Source: a virus
Reading direction: 5' to 3' (one strand)
Virus genome (UHGV): UHGV-1374697
Length of the DNA: 64,000 nucleotides
Both the position numbers and the translations under genes were made by a program. The number at the start of each line of letters is the position of its first letter. Within the stretch, counting starts at the first letter, position 1. Shown one piece after another: positions 35,974-46,221 of this stretch. The notes under the pieces are model-generated. The model worked only from the letters and a program-made list of their open reading frames with translations, had not been told where the DNA came from and ran no database searches.

Positions 35974-38126
35974 GCCTGTTCAATGGGGATGTTAATATCT
36001 TCGAAATCCGTGGTTTCCTCGGATTCAATGGCACTGACGGCCATTGCTTCCATTGCGTAATAGGTGGGATTGGTCATTCCATTGGCATAAAGATGCCGTG
36101 TGCCCGTACCCACGTCAGCTGAAAGGGCGTATGTTTTCTCATTGCGTGCGTCAATAATCAGGGTGCTTACGCCCGTTCCTGCCTCGAAATTGATGAAGCC
36201 GCGGAGAGAAGCTATCTTGAACAGGGTATTGGTACTGCCGCCTCCCAGCTCCATATAAAGAGCCGCCTTTTCCTCTCGCTCTTCTAGGTCCGGTGGTCCG
36301 CTCTGCATGTAAATAAGCCTGTTCAACCCGGATGGCATCAGCTCATTCAACCCCAATGGAAGAAATACGGTTGTCGTCTTCACCTGCCAGTGACCTACGG
36401 ATTTTACATAAAAGATTTCTCTCACTCTGATTGCATACCCTTTGCGGTCAGTATCGTAAGGAGTATTGATGGTAACATCAATGATTTCCCCGTAGTTGAT
36501 GGCCAGATTGGCTCCCGGAATCATGGAATAAGAATCCATCGTCAACCCGGTTCTGTTGGTTTTCGAACCACGGCCTATGCCAAAAGTAAATTTAGCGAAG
36601 GTTGTCGCGTTGACCGCAAGGGAAAATCCGCACACGGAACTGTAATTAAATTGACCGTTAGGCCCTATCAGGGGGACAATCGCTGTCCCATACGCATTGG
36701 AATCGGCAGAAGCCGCGCCCACTGAAAATCTCTGCATCAACCCGGTAAGAGTACCTTTGGAAGCTTTAGAGATGGAACCCGTGACTGTGATTGAACCGGA
36801 ATTAAGGTATATAGGCTGAACCAACGCCGACATAGCACCGGCCAATCCCAACGCATAAAAGCGATTAACCGCGCCCGTATCCATCGGTGCACCTACAGTC
36901 AGAGGGATGTTAATCCCGGCGTTGGCATTGGGGGTTTTGCTGAATGTAAAAGTCCCGGTCACGTTAGTAAAGCCACCAAGATGGACATCAGCATAGAACA
37001 AAGACATTCCATAATGGTTTTCCTGTTTGTTGAACCAAAGGTTCCCAGCCCCATCAATGGCCATTGACCTATCGTTGATGTTATTGGGGTCAGTAACGGA
37101 GAGACTCCCGTTGGATTCTTCGTAGAGTATGCAACGGGTAGGACCGCTCTCCTTGCCGAAGAGGATGCACTTCATCCTCTCGCCAGAGGCGGCAATGAAG
37201 CTAATAACTTCATCAAAAGTGGTAGGGTCTTGGAACTTGACAGGAATCGCAACGTCCATGTGGGAAGCGTTCGTCCCCTCAATGACTGCGGCTCCATTAC
37301 CATCCCCGTGAAGTTTCACTGCGTCTGCCCCCTGTCCGAGAACTAGAGGAACTTCGTTACCGAGAACTACTCCTGCCGTGTTGGTGAAATTCCATGCCCC
37401 GGTGATATTCTGGTCTAGGGAGGGGTCAAACCCCGCACCCTCACCGGAGCCTAAACTAAAATTTCGGATAGAGACGAAGAAGTCCGCTTCTTCAATCGTA
37501 CTGCCGATAGAAAGAATTGCGGAAGTTTCAGTTGCCACAAAGACCAGCTGGGCAGTAGTCTTGCCGCCAGCGAGGAAGGCCTTAGGATTGTTGTCAGCTC
37601 CTACGCTAAAAAGCGCATAGCTGAATTCCGGATTAGGCTTCGTTTCCATCAAGCCGCCCAAGTCAGGATGTACATTGATGGAGTAAAGCTTACCACTTTC
37701 GAGATTGGAGATTTTGTAGAAACCCTCGGAGACAGGGCCATCACCGTCCAGCGGGAGGGCCTGATACTCTTGGTCGTAGTTGAAGCCCAACGGGTGAAGA
37801 GCAATCGTTGCGTGTGCGCTCTCAACCGAAGCATTCTTATCCTGTGCGTTAGTGGGGACGACGAAGTACTTACCGTTGGGAGATGCAATCTCAATCACCT
37901 GTCCCGCGACCGAACCATTGATGACGAACTGTTCCGGCGTAATGTTGGACCACAGTTCGTCAGTAGGAGCGGTAGCGGAAAGCTTGAAGAGACAGGGAGA
38001 ACTGGAAGCAAGAAGCCACGCGGTGTGCGTGTCGGCATCGCCCAGCTTATAGGTTACGCCCGGCGTAATAGGAGAGCCGTTGACGTAATTTTCAATTTGG
38101 ATTTCAGAAGAACGTTTACGTGCCAT
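35970..38126 (-). CDS. large structural protein (tail fiber or receptor-binding candidate)
   Basis: 718 aa, Gly/Asn/Thr/Ser-rich beta-rich composition. Call rests on position and size. Confidence 0.4.
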   Translation of the reverse strand: MARKRSSEIQIENYVNGSPITPGVTYKLGDADTHTAWLLASSSPCLFKLSATAPTDELWSNITPEQFVINGSVAGQVIEIASPNGKYFVVPTNAQDKNASVESAHATIALHPLGFNYDQEYQALPLDGDGPVSEGFYKISNLESGKLYSINVHPDLGGLMETKPNPEFSYALFSVGADNNPKAFLAGGKTTAQLVFVATETSAILSIGSTIEEADFFVSIRNFSLGSGEGAGFDPSLDQNITGAWNFTNTAGVVLGNEVPLVLGQGADAVKLHGDGNGAAVIEGTNASHMDVAIPVKFQDPTTFDEVISFIAASGERMKCILFGKESGPTRCILYEESNGSLSVTDPNNINDRSMAIDGAGNLWFNKQENHYGMSLFYADVHLGGFTNVTGTFTFSKTPNANAGINIPLTVGAPMDTGAVNRFYALGLAGAMSALVQPIYLNSGSITVTGSISKASKGTLTGLMQRFSVGAASADSNAYGTAIVPLIGPNGQFNYSSVCGFSLAVNATTFAKFTFGIGRGSKTNRTGLTMDSYSMIPGANLAINYGEIIDVTINTPYDTDRKGYAIRVREIFYVKSVGHWQVKTTTVFLPLGLNELMPSGLNRLIYMQSGPPDLEEREEKAALYMELGGGSTNTLFKIASLRGFINFEAGTGVSTLIIDARNEKTYALSADVGTGTRHLYANGMTNPTYYAMEAMAVSAIESEETTDFEDINIPIEQA

Positions 38127-38143
38127 GATAGTAAAAATTTGGG

Positions 38144-38186
38144 GCTGAACCCATAGAAGTTTAGCTCATGAGTTCAGCCCCGTCAA
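38144..38186 (-). terminator. hairpin terminator candidate
   Basis: GGGGCTGAAC...GTTCAGCCCC 10-bp stem, followed on the minus strand by AAATTTTTAC. Confidence 0.35.
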
Positions 38187-38200
38187 GGTTTAATTGTTGG

Positions 38201-39172
38201 TTATGCGATATTTCCAACGAAGGTAATCACCGCAGTCCCTTTAAAGGTCCCGGCATCACCGCCCGTAGGAATCTGGAACGAGGCAACGGCGGCTCGCTGT
38301 CCCGCACCAAGAGCTGTTCCCTGTGAAAAGATAAGAGTTCCTCGAAGGTTCTTACCAGTCACAATACCCTGCGTGGCCGTGAGAGGAAGAAGACCTTGCG
38401 CCCCTGCTTCCCCAACTACGTTGGTAAGGACTACGTTCTGGTTCTGGATAGTGATGTTGCCATCGTATTGGAATTCAGGTGCGTCGGCTTCGGTCACGAA
38501 GTCCACGCGGTAATATCCGGCAGGGGTAGGACCTACAAGAGCTACGTCGGAAACGGTGTCCGAAAGGGTCGTAAGCTGGGGAGCGGTAAGACCCTCAATC
38601 CCCTGCGCGGCTACGATGTCAACGTTAGCCTTTACTGCTCCATCTACGTACACCCACGCTTTCGTACCGGTGGAAGTGAAACGAGTGGTCCCTGCGGCAG
38701 TTACAAACGGAGGTTCTTCTATTGCGTCTGCAATGGTATCTCCTGTCTTGACAAATACGGTTACAGGGACTTCCGCACTTACTTTCAATTCATACCCCGT
38801 ATCTGCGACTAAATCACCGATACTATACCACTTGTCAGGTGATAAGTCTGCGGGAAGAGTTGCTTCTTCGGGAGCCGGAATTTGGTCAGCCTTCATAGTC
38901 AAGGTAATCTCCGCGCCCTCAAGGGCATCGATGCGGAGGTAAGCGTTAGTCTGACCACCCTCCGTCGCGAAGTAGAAAGCACGGCCAGAAAGATACCCTT
39001 CGGCTTCCACCTGCTCCAACGCTTCATCTTTCGCGATGACCACATGCGGGCACTTGGTAGACGTGACAATAAACTTATACCGAGTAGCCTCGGTCAGTCC
39101 GGTAAGCTGATAGATTTGCCCGCGAGCGATAGTTGCATTCTCTGCGGGAATGGGAAGATTTACTACTGCCAT
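38201..39172 (-). CDS. structural protein
   Basis: 323-aa ORF in the head-proximal block. Confidence 0.4.
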   Translation of the reverse strand: MAVVNLPIPAENATIARGQIYQLTGLTEATRYKFIVTSTKCPHVVIAKDEALEQVEAEGYLSGRAFYFATEGGQTNAYLRIDALEGAEITLTMKADQIPAPEEATLPADLSPDKWYSIGDLVADTGYELKVSAEVPVTVFVKTGDTIADAIEEPPFVTAAGTTRFTSTGTKAWVYVDGAVKANVDIVAAQGIEGLTAPQLTTLSDTVSDVALVGPTPAGYYRVDFVTEADAPEFQYDGNITIQNQNVVLTNVVGEAGAQGLLPLTATQGIVTGKNLRGTLIFSQGTALGAGQRAAVASFQIPTGGDAGTFKGTAVITFVGNIA

Positions 39173-39177
39173 AATTA

Positions 39178-39693
39178 TTATTCGTTAAGAGTTGCTACTG
39201 TTTTAGCTTGATGAATAAGGGGAGTTAAAGTTATTCCCCTATTCACAGGGATGTGCGCAGTATCTGACGCAGGGATAATAATATCTCCATCATTCACTAA
39301 TACACTTTGAACACTATTTTCAACATCAATACCGAAGTAAAGAACTTCGGGTTGATTAGTGGGAATAGACACCAAGTGCTTAACTCCCATAGCTACGGGA
39401 ATTGCTTGCACCGCCAGAGGTGTTGCGGCACGGACTTCTAGGGTTAATACGGTCCCCGAAAGAGATTCCGTAACAGTTAAATCCCCGGCGGCTTTGAGAT
39501 GTGCTTTGAACTCCCGGTTTACGAGGGAAGAACCTTCGGCAAGGGTCTTCTCGTCCTCCGTCAGTTTGACGACAGGAACTCCCCTATCACTGGTGATAGT
39601 AATAAGAAAGTCTCCTTCCTCGCTGGGAATGAGCGTATTCTCAACTCCTGATTCGAGGACAACTGGTTCTGTAGTGGGAACGTCGATTTCCAT
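39178..39693 (-). CDS. structural protein
   Basis: 171-aa ORF. Confidence 0.4.
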   Translation of the reverse strand: MEIDVPTTEPVVLESGVENTLIPSEEGDFLITITSDRGVPVVKLTEDEKTLAEGSSLVNREFKAHLKAAGDLTVTESLSGTVLTLEVRAATPLAVQAIPVAMGVKHLVSIPTNQPEVLYFGIDVENSVQSVLVNDGDIIIPASDTAHIPVNRGITLTPLIHQAKTVATLNE

Positions 39694-39707
39694 ACTAGTT
39701 AAAAAGG

Positions 39708-40010
39708 TTATGCTCCAAAGCCAGAGGCGATAATAGAACCAATGTCGGCTCCTTCTGCCAGTTCTTCGGCTTCTTCGGTTTCGGTTTCCTGTTTGGGAGA
39801 TTCGGTTTCTTCTTCTTCTTCGGAGTTATCGTCGCTATCATCGTCACCTATTTCTTGGTCCTCGATAGAAACAATCTCAATAGATTTGCCGTCATCTGAA
39901 ACAACGCCAACTCCCATGAGCTGAACATCATCCCCCGGTTTAAGGTCTCCAAATTTTTCAGGGTCATACGTAATCTTCATGCAGATAAAAATTGAGGCGA
40001 GCGGGTTCAT
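39708..40010 (-). CDS. small acidic protein with C-terminal GADIGSIIASGFGA tail
   Basis: 100-aa ORF with an Asp/Glu-rich tract. The C-terminal glycine motif is shared with the scaffold-like protein. Confidence 0.45.
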   Translation of the reverse strand: MNPLASIFICMKITYDPEKFGDLKPGDDVQLMGVGVVSDDGKSIEIVSIEDQEIGDDDSDDNSEEEEETESPKQETETEEAEELAEGADIGSIIASGFGA

Positions 40011-40022
40011 CCCGCCCGCCTC
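39994..40022 (-). terminator. rho-independent terminator immediately after the MCP gene
   Basis: GAGGCGGGCGGG-ATGAA-CCCGCTCGCCTC followed by AATTTTTATC on the minus strand. The distal arm overlaps the first codons of the next ORF. Confidence 0.5.
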
Positions 40023-40046
40023 GGTTTAAGGGTTATAGGTTTAGGC

Positions 40047-41303
40047 TTAGAGGCCAGATACTACCGCAGGGGTACTTACCAGAGAGCCAACGGGCTTACC
40101 GTCAGCACCGACGAGTTCGCGGCCAGCGGTCGTGCGAATGTGTCGGATGACTACACCGTGACGCGGGAAGACAGGCATCGGAGCGGCAGAAAGTGTCGCG
40201 ATGAACAGGCCCTGCGTACCCATGTAGTTACCGCCGTTGTCCTTGTTGTTCACCCAAGTCAGCTCACCAGCGTAAGTCACAGGGTCCCACTTGGCCTGAC
40301 CGTAGGCAGACACCGGACGAGGAACGAGGGACTTGTACACGTCCTTCACAAAGATAATCGTATCTTCGTAGGGGGCGTTCATGTACGCGGGGTTCGGCAC
40401 ATAGCGGTTACCAACAGTCGTTTCCACCTTGATATACTGGGGAACTTCCACCCACTTCTGACCAGTCGGCTTGCTGTCGTCGAAGGTGTAGCGGGGGTTC
40501 ATGTTGTCCACGATGTAGGTAAAGCCCTTGTACGTCCACTTCACGCCCAGCTGACGCAGGAGAGTAGCATCCTTGCCTTCCGCGGCCTCTGCGAAGTTCC
40601 AGTCCTTGCGGATAACTTCGTTGTGACGCAGGATGAAGTCCACGGTGTCCTTAGACGTGTAAGCCAAGAAGACAGGGGAACCTTGGTCCATCAGAGCGGC
40701 AGATTCGCCAGCACCTTCATTGATGAGCAACTGCCAAGCTTGGTTCATCAGGTCATCATTCAGCGCGGCTTCGGGCTTAACTTCCGGCATGGAGTTAATA
40801 TCGTTGCTCACGACATCAAGACCAACTACACCCGCCTTCGTGGGGATGAGTTTGTAGCTGGCGATTTTGATGTAGCTCTCACGGTAGAAGCGAGACCAAG
40901 TATTACCGACGGCACGGACCAACTGCTTCACCACATTCTCGGCCTGTTGCTTAGCTTGCCAAGACTGACGCATGCGGAGTACGTCCAGTTTCTGGGAGGC
41001 AAGCCTCGTGATGAAGCGGCTGTAGGAGTATTCCGTAGCCCCCGTATCATTTACCGTAATCGGAATCTGGTCAGAGGTGGAATCGAGGTTAATGTTCATC
41101 CATTCGGGACGGGGGTCCGTAGCACCGAAGGTTGCGATACGCCCGGAATCACCAACACCATCGGTCCATTCTCCCGTCATAATCATCTGGGAGTTCCACG
41201 GAGAAGTACGAGCAAAGGTGCTGAACATGTTGGCGTTAAGAAGGTTGGTCATCGTGACCAGCTTCAATTCTTGGGCCTGAATTTCGTTAGGAGTAGTAGC
41301 CAT
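40047..41303 (-). CDS. major capsid protein (putative)
   Basis: 418-aa ORF directly downstream of the scaffold-like protein. It has its own 5' UTR and a strong downstream terminator, in the canonical portal-scaffold-MCP order. Confidence 0.5.
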   Translation of the reverse strand: MATTPNEIQAQELKLVTMTNLLNANMFSTFARTSPWNSQMIMTGEWTDGVGDSGRIATFGATDPRPEWMNINLDSTSDQIPITVNDTGATEYSYSRFITRLASQKLDVLRMRQSWQAKQQAENVVKQLVRAVGNTWSRFYRESYIKIASYKLIPTKAGVVGLDVVSNDINSMPEVKPEAALNDDLMNQAWQLLINEGAGESAALMDQGSPVFLAYTSKDTVDFILRHNEVIRKDWNFAEAAEGKDATLLRQLGVKWTYKGFTYIVDNMNPRYTFDDSKPTGQKWVEVPQYIKVETTVGNRYVPNPAYMNAPYEDTIIFVKDVYKSLVPRPVSAYGQAKWDPVTYAGELTWVNNKDNGGNYMGTQGLFIATLSAAPMPVFPRHGVVIRHIRTTAGRELVGADGKPVGSLVSTPAVVSGL

Positions 41304-41515
41304 TTGTAAATTAAATTTGGTTTAATTTGCAACGCCTAGTACTCTTTGGAAGAATTTGTTTTGGGGTCTTACGCGGTCATGGCAGGGTCAGGACCAAGAA
41401 TTTTCACACCTGCATAAAGGTTTGTTTTGGTTTGCTCGCGGGAAAGCAAGAATGGGACACCGCATTTGATGCCCCATTCTTGTCATAAAATTACCAGTAT
41501 GTCAAGGATTATTTA

Positions 41516-42727
41516 TCATAATCCAAAGGCACTACCAATAATGTCCCCGACTGCGGTCGGCCCAGCGGGCGGCTGGGTCTCTGGGGCTTCAGGGCTACCA
41601 CCGTTAGCGGAGGGGCGGGCCTTGCGGAGTTTGGCCACCTTCACGTTGAGAGCCTCAATCGTTGCCCTCGCGTCTGCCAATTCCTTGACCATGAGTTCCG
41701 CAAGTGCTCCATCCATGAAGGAACCATTATTTATCTTGTGGGCAAGATGGCGGGCATGCTTCACATTCTCTTCGGTAATCTCCGTGGTCATGCCCAGTTC
41801 CTTGGCGCGTTCCTTCATCGCTTCCAATGTGTAGTTATCGAGATTGACGGTGTAGGTCCCGGCCTCCGACTTGCCACCGCGGCTAGCCTTCAACTCTTCC
41901 ACATACTTGTCGGCTTCGGCCTGATAGTTTCCGTGGGCGACAATGGCCGCGTCGCGGACCTTAGCCATGCGGACAAATTTGAACACGGCAGAATCGCTAA
42001 TGCCCAGTTCCTTCCCAATGGCCTCATACGCTTCTTCGCGGTCGTACTCGTCGAGGTCGGGATTAAGGGCAACTTCATTCAGCTTGTCCATGTCCAGAGA
42101 TGCACCAGAGGCGCGGGCAATCTCCGCAAGTTTGGCGTTGGCCTTATTATACGGGGCAGTTACATTGGTCTTGTATTCTTCGGTTGCGGTGAAGGCATAG
42201 CCGCGTACAATCTCGCGCAGAGATTCAAGCTCTTCATTGTTGGGAGAGGATTTACCCGCTTCTTCCAGCTTGGCCTTCAAGTCCGCGATTTCTTTCTTCG
42301 CGCCCCTTAACTGGACGCGCATCTCGGCGAATGCCTTGCTCGCGGCCTTGCTCGCTTTCTGTTCCTTAGGACTATTGTTCTGTTCCTCCTCGTTGTTCTG
42401 TTCCTCTTCATTGTTCTGTTCCTCTTCATTGTTCTGTTCCTCGTCATCCCCGGATTCCGTGGTATCACCGTTGTTCTGTTCATCGTCAACGACGGTTCCC
42501 GTGGTATTGACTACTTCATCATCCGCGATGCGGGGACCAGCGTTCGGCATGACTACCGTACCGTCCGGGGATTCAATGGGAGCCGTGGGGTTAGCGGGAT
42601 TGGTGGGTTGAGTGGAATCCGTGGGTTCCGGGGCGAACAGGGTCTGTTCAAAAATGTTATGTATGTCGTTGTGAATAGCACCATCTATGATGCCCTCCGC
42701 TACTGCGGGAATATTTACGTTGTCCAT
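41516..42727 (-). CDS. scaffolding-like protein
   Basis: Acidic repeats (EEQNNEEEQNN x4), long coiled-coil region, C-terminal AVGDIIGSAFGL. Sits between portal and MCP. Confidence 0.5.
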   Translation of the reverse strand: MDNVNIPAVAEGIIDGAIHNDIHNIFEQTLFAPEPTDSTQPTNPANPTAPIESPDGTVVMPNAGPRIADDEVVNTTGTVVDDEQNNGDTTESGDDEEQNNEEEQNNEEEQNNEEEQNNSPKEQKASKAASKAFAEMRVQLRGAKKEIADLKAKLEEAGKSSPNNEELESLREIVRGYAFTATEEYKTNVTAPYNKANAKLAEIARASGASLDMDKLNEVALNPDLDEYDREEAYEAIGKELGISDSAVFKFVRMAKVRDAAIVAHGNYQAEADKYVEELKASRGGKSEAGTYTVNLDNYTLEAMKERAKELGMTTEITEENVKHARHLAHKINNGSFMDGALAELMVKELADARATIEALNVKVAKLRKARPSANGGSPEAPETQPPAGPTAVGDIIGSAFGL

Positions 42728-42734
42728 TTATGTA

Positions 42735-43052
42735 TTACCTGTTGGGTGAAAGTGAGTTAATCCAAGCGTTACGCTCGGTCATGGGATGATTCATCATAGT
42801 TACCGGGGATTCGGTTTCTTCATTCTCTTCGGCCAGATTGAAGAGAGCGGCGATAACGGATTTAGCCCCTGCCGCGAAAGCTCCGTTCAATGCGGCGGCT
42901 TCCATTGTGGGCTGTAATGTCGCATTGAGTTTTGACTGAACAATGCAGAGAGCTTCTTCCATTACCGGGTCATGCAGGAGTTCAGCAAGGCGGCCAGTCG
43001 CCGCCTTGTTGCTTTTGAACCCTTCGACAGTGTAGGTAGGAACTGCCTTCAT
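42735..43052 (-). CDS. hypothetical head-module protein
   Basis: 105-aa ORF between portal and scaffold; overlaps the portal stop by 4 bp. Confidence 0.35.
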   Translation of the reverse strand: MKAVPTYTVEGFKSNKAATGRLAELLHDPVMEEALCIVQSKLNATLQPTMEAAALNGAFAAGAKSVIAALFNLAEENEETESPVTMMNHPMTERNAWINSLSPNR

Positions 43053-45319
43053 CGTGCACCTCCCAGCGATTGAGCCGCTTTAGCGTTGGCTTCTACGGCG
43101 TTACGAGTAATCTCGGCATCCTGCTTTTCCTTAGCCAACTGGATTTCAGCTTCCGTCTTCATGCGCTTCAATTCAATTTCGGCTTCGGCTTTCATCTGTT
43201 CAGGAGTAGGTCCTTCTTGGGGAGCCGCTTCTTCGTTCTGTTGCATCGCTTCCAAGGCCCGCATGCCGTTGGTAATAACCTCGTTGCACCTCTTGACCAG
43301 TTTCTCGTACTGTTCAAATTCGGGGACAACTTCCTTGGCGGCCTGCAAATAGTCCATGTGTCCTGCCAACTGGGCGACCAGAAGCTGTAGAGGTTGAGCT
43401 AGCTGGGCCATCTCTTCGGGTTCCAGCTGTGCGTCCGGTAGCATGGACATGATGAAGTTGGCATGCACTTCCGCGTGCGTCCTGTGGTCCTCGTTCGGCA
43501 TAACCGGAACTTCCTGCCCTGCCATGAGCTGGTTGTTCTGGATGGATGCGATAGAGGCGGCCACGGTTTCGGACGGGTTGGGGTCATCCTTCAACGGCAT
43601 GAACAACTGTGCGGTGCGTCCGTTCGTTTCATTGGCAATGGCCATGCGGATGAGACGTTCCTGCCCAGCTCGTGGCATGAACTGCATGTAGTTGAGACAC
43701 TGACGGAGAGCCATCGTGCGGCGAACCTTACTGCCCGCACCGATAGGCGGGAGAGCGGTAACGCTGTCAAGGTCGATAGCGAAGAAGGCCTCCCTTGGCA
43801 CACCTGCTTCGTCCAGACGTTGGAGCATGCGTTCACGTTCCTTAAACCCGCCAATCCCTTCATCGTAGTCCTTGCGGATGATGCGGCGAACGATTTCACG
43901 GAGAAGGATGGTCATGTGCTCCAAGAGCATATCCATGATGTTATTGCTGACCTTGCTCGCATTGCCCATACGGATTTCAGCTTCCAGCTGGGTGCGGCCC
44001 ATGCCTCCATCAGCATTCACGTCAATCTCGCCCAAGCGTTCCCGGATTTGGTTCTGCAAGAATGCGAGGGGAGTTCCGGCAACCTGTTGCAGATTCGGCA
44101 CGGGATTAGGAACCACTTGCGTTGACGGGTCCAAAATGGTATAGGCCCCCATCGGGTTCACCATTGCGGAGAGACGGGAGGTTTCATTGGTGGCAGAGAC
44201 GTTTAACGCCATGCCGAGGAACGCCGCGTCCGTCGCTTGGTTCATCAACTTGTCAATGACACGAGTGTGGGGCAGGAGGTCATTCCCATATCCGCGAAGG
44301 GCATGAATATCTCCATTGGTGCTACTGCCCAGCGGGAAGAGGACGAACGCTTCTTCCATAGAGTTGTAGGCTCCTTCCTTGGTGTAGAGGAACTTGGTGT
44401 CATCTACATCGCGGTTCTGGTCACGCTTCACATCCTGACCATTGCCGCCGCTTCCGTTGACGAAGAAGATGGAGTGAGTAACCGTACCGTTGAATTCGCG
44501 AACCCACATGTGGGCAATCGGAATACTGGTTCCAATTACGTCGGTCAGGGTGTAGTCTCCGTTTTTGAGCATCTTCTCGGTCTCCCAAGAAATGCGCTGG
44601 GGCTGTACCGTCTGATTGTAACTACAGGTCTTCAACACCTTCATGACCTCTTCCACATCCCAGCCAGCTTCCCTTGCGGTCTGCGGGTCACGAATGAAAT
44701 CGTAGAGTTCATGGGCACGAAGGGTACGAGTAGCAAACACAACCTCAAGGGTGCTACTGTCCGGCTTAACCTTTCGCTCGAAGGCAAACTCGTTCAGACT
44801 GCCCGCCTTGAAGTACCAAGTGTCGGGGTCCTCAAAGTAGGCAAGGCCGAAGCCGTGGAAGGAGAAGTTGTGAAGAAGGTCTGTCATGATGGAAGTGAAT
44901 CCCGGCATGGACTTGACCATCTTCGTCACCTCGGTGGAAAGGATGTCTGAATAAATGGGGCGACGAGCATTATCTCCGAAGGTGGTTTGCACCGAAACAA
45001 GTTCGGGGTTATCCCACACTTCGCGGAGGCTAGCCGCCACCTTTTCACGAACAATCCGCATCGTGCGGAAGTTGTAGTTGGTTCGATAATTCTGACCAAC
45101 TGCGGAAAGGGCCATTGGGTCATACGGGCGTTGTCCGTCCAGCTCTGCCTGTGCCTCTGTCCTCGCTTGCATGGATAGCTGGTCAGCGGTGAGACAGAAG
45201 TAGAGCATGGCGCGGGCTTGGTCAGCGGTCGGAACCCTTCGCTTGAGAAGGGTTCCGTTCTCGTCAACCACGCCAATAACCCCCGGACCTACGGGAGCAT
45301 TTGCGTCTGGTTTCGGCAT
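43049..45319 (-). CDS. portal protein (putative)
   Basis: 756 aa, located between the terminase region and the scaffold/MCP. Call rests on size and synteny only. Confidence 0.5.
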   Translation of the reverse strand: MPKPDANAPVGPGVIGVVDENGTLLKRRVPTADQARAMLYFCLTADQLSMQARTEAQAELDGQRPYDPMALSAVGQNYRTNYNFRTMRIVREKVAASLREVWDNPELVSVQTTFGDNARRPIYSDILSTEVTKMVKSMPGFTSIMTDLLHNFSFHGFGLAYFEDPDTWYFKAGSLNEFAFERKVKPDSSTLEVVFATRTLRAHELYDFIRDPQTAREAGWDVEEVMKVLKTCSYNQTVQPQRISWETEKMLKNGDYTLTDVIGTSIPIAHMWVREFNGTVTHSIFFVNGSGGNGQDVKRDQNRDVDDTKFLYTKEGAYNSMEEAFVLFPLGSSTNGDIHALRGYGNDLLPHTRVIDKLMNQATDAAFLGMALNVSATNETSRLSAMVNPMGAYTILDPSTQVVPNPVPNLQQVAGTPLAFLQNQIRERLGEIDVNADGGMGRTQLEAEIRMGNASKVSNNIMDMLLEHMTILLREIVRRIIRKDYDEGIGGFKERERMLQRLDEAGVPREAFFAIDLDSVTALPPIGAGSKVRRTMALRQCLNYMQFMPRAGQERLIRMAIANETNGRTAQLFMPLKDDPNPSETVAASIASIQNNQLMAGQEVPVMPNEDHRTHAEVHANFIMSMLPDAQLEPEEMAQLAQPLQLLVAQLAGHMDYLQAAKEVVPEFEQYEKLVKRCNEVITNGMRALEAMQQNEEAAPQEGPTPEQMKAEAEIELKRMKTEAEIQLAKEKQDAEITRNAVEANAKAAQSLGGAR

Positions 45320-45324
45320 ATCTA

Positions 45325-46215
45325 CTATTTGTCAATTTCGTCTTCACCCTCAACCGCGTCAGCCTTCATGGCTTTCTTGGTCTTGGACTTCACAGGAGAA
45401 GGTGTAGCAACTTTCACGCTCGGTGTCAAGTCCTCAACGTTCCTCAAGTCTTCGCGAGCCTTTGTAGCTCCACCGACTTGCTCGGACTGTCCCATCATAT
45501 TGACAGATTCCGCTTTGAAGCTGGCGATAGATACCTCGGCAGGGGTTGTTACCGTCACCTCGCCAAGAACTTGGGGAAGCTTAAAGTTGTCCGCGTCAGG
45601 GATTTCACCGACAGTGATGAGGTCGTCCCAGTTCTCCACGTTGAAACACTTCTCGGTCAGCACCTTATCGAGGAAGAGACGGAAATGCTGGGAGATGGTG
45701 ACGTAGGGAACTCGCTGTGGATAGAGTTTCGCCAGCTGACTGGACATGACGAAAGTTCCATCCACGGTATGAGATTCATAAGAGTTCTCGGTGGCAGGAA
45801 TCGTAAAATACTTGCCCGCAATAACCGGAGCCTTCTTGCGATAGAACGTTGCATCCAGCGTATCAATCGCGCCGGGCTTAAACTTTTCATTGCCGCGTTC
45901 GGAAACCCAAATGATAGCTCGTTCGTCCGGCGCGTTCTCGTAAGCCAGAGCCTGTTGCAGTCGGGCGAAGAGATGAGTAACGAGAGCGTAATTATCCGTG
46001 ACAGGGGTCAGCAACTCAATCGTGCGAAGGTCCCGGAACTGATTCTTCAAGATTTTAATCATGGGTTCAGCGGCGGCCTTGGCCCGGTAAGGGAGCAGGA
46101 GCCAAACATCGTGGTCGCCACGGCTGGAAGCCGCAACGCTGTCAATGAGGTTCTGTGCAATGTTCGCGCCGTTGATGAGGACGCGAGGTTCACAAGGGAT
46201 TGCTATTGTAGCCAT
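45325..46215 (-). CDS. hypothetical protein
   Basis: 296-aa ORF. Confidence 0.4.
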   Translation of the reverse strand: MATIAIPCEPRVLINGANIAQNLIDSVAASSRGDHDVWLLLPYRAKAAAEPMIKILKNQFRDLRTIELLTPVTDNYALVTHLFARLQQALAYENAPDERAIIWVSERGNEKFKPGAIDTLDATFYRKKAPVIAGKYFTIPATENSYESHTVDGTFVMSSQLAKLYPQRVPYVTISQHFRLFLDKVLTEKCFNVENWDDLITVGEIPDADNFKLPQVLGEVTVTTPAEVSIASFKAESVNMMGQSEQVGGATKAREDLRNVEDLTPSVKVATPSPVKSKTKKAMKADAVEGEDEIDK

Positions 46216-46221
46216 TGTCGT

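Noticed and set aside
42616-42630. Identical 15-mer CCGTGGGTTCCGGGG in two unrelated coding regions (also at 50474-50488)
   Set aside because: Not rejected as a motif (see the GAACCCACG finding), but rejected as evidence of a mobile repeat or recombination scar. Both encode Pro/Glu/Thr/Gly-rich peptides in frame with no flanking similarity.
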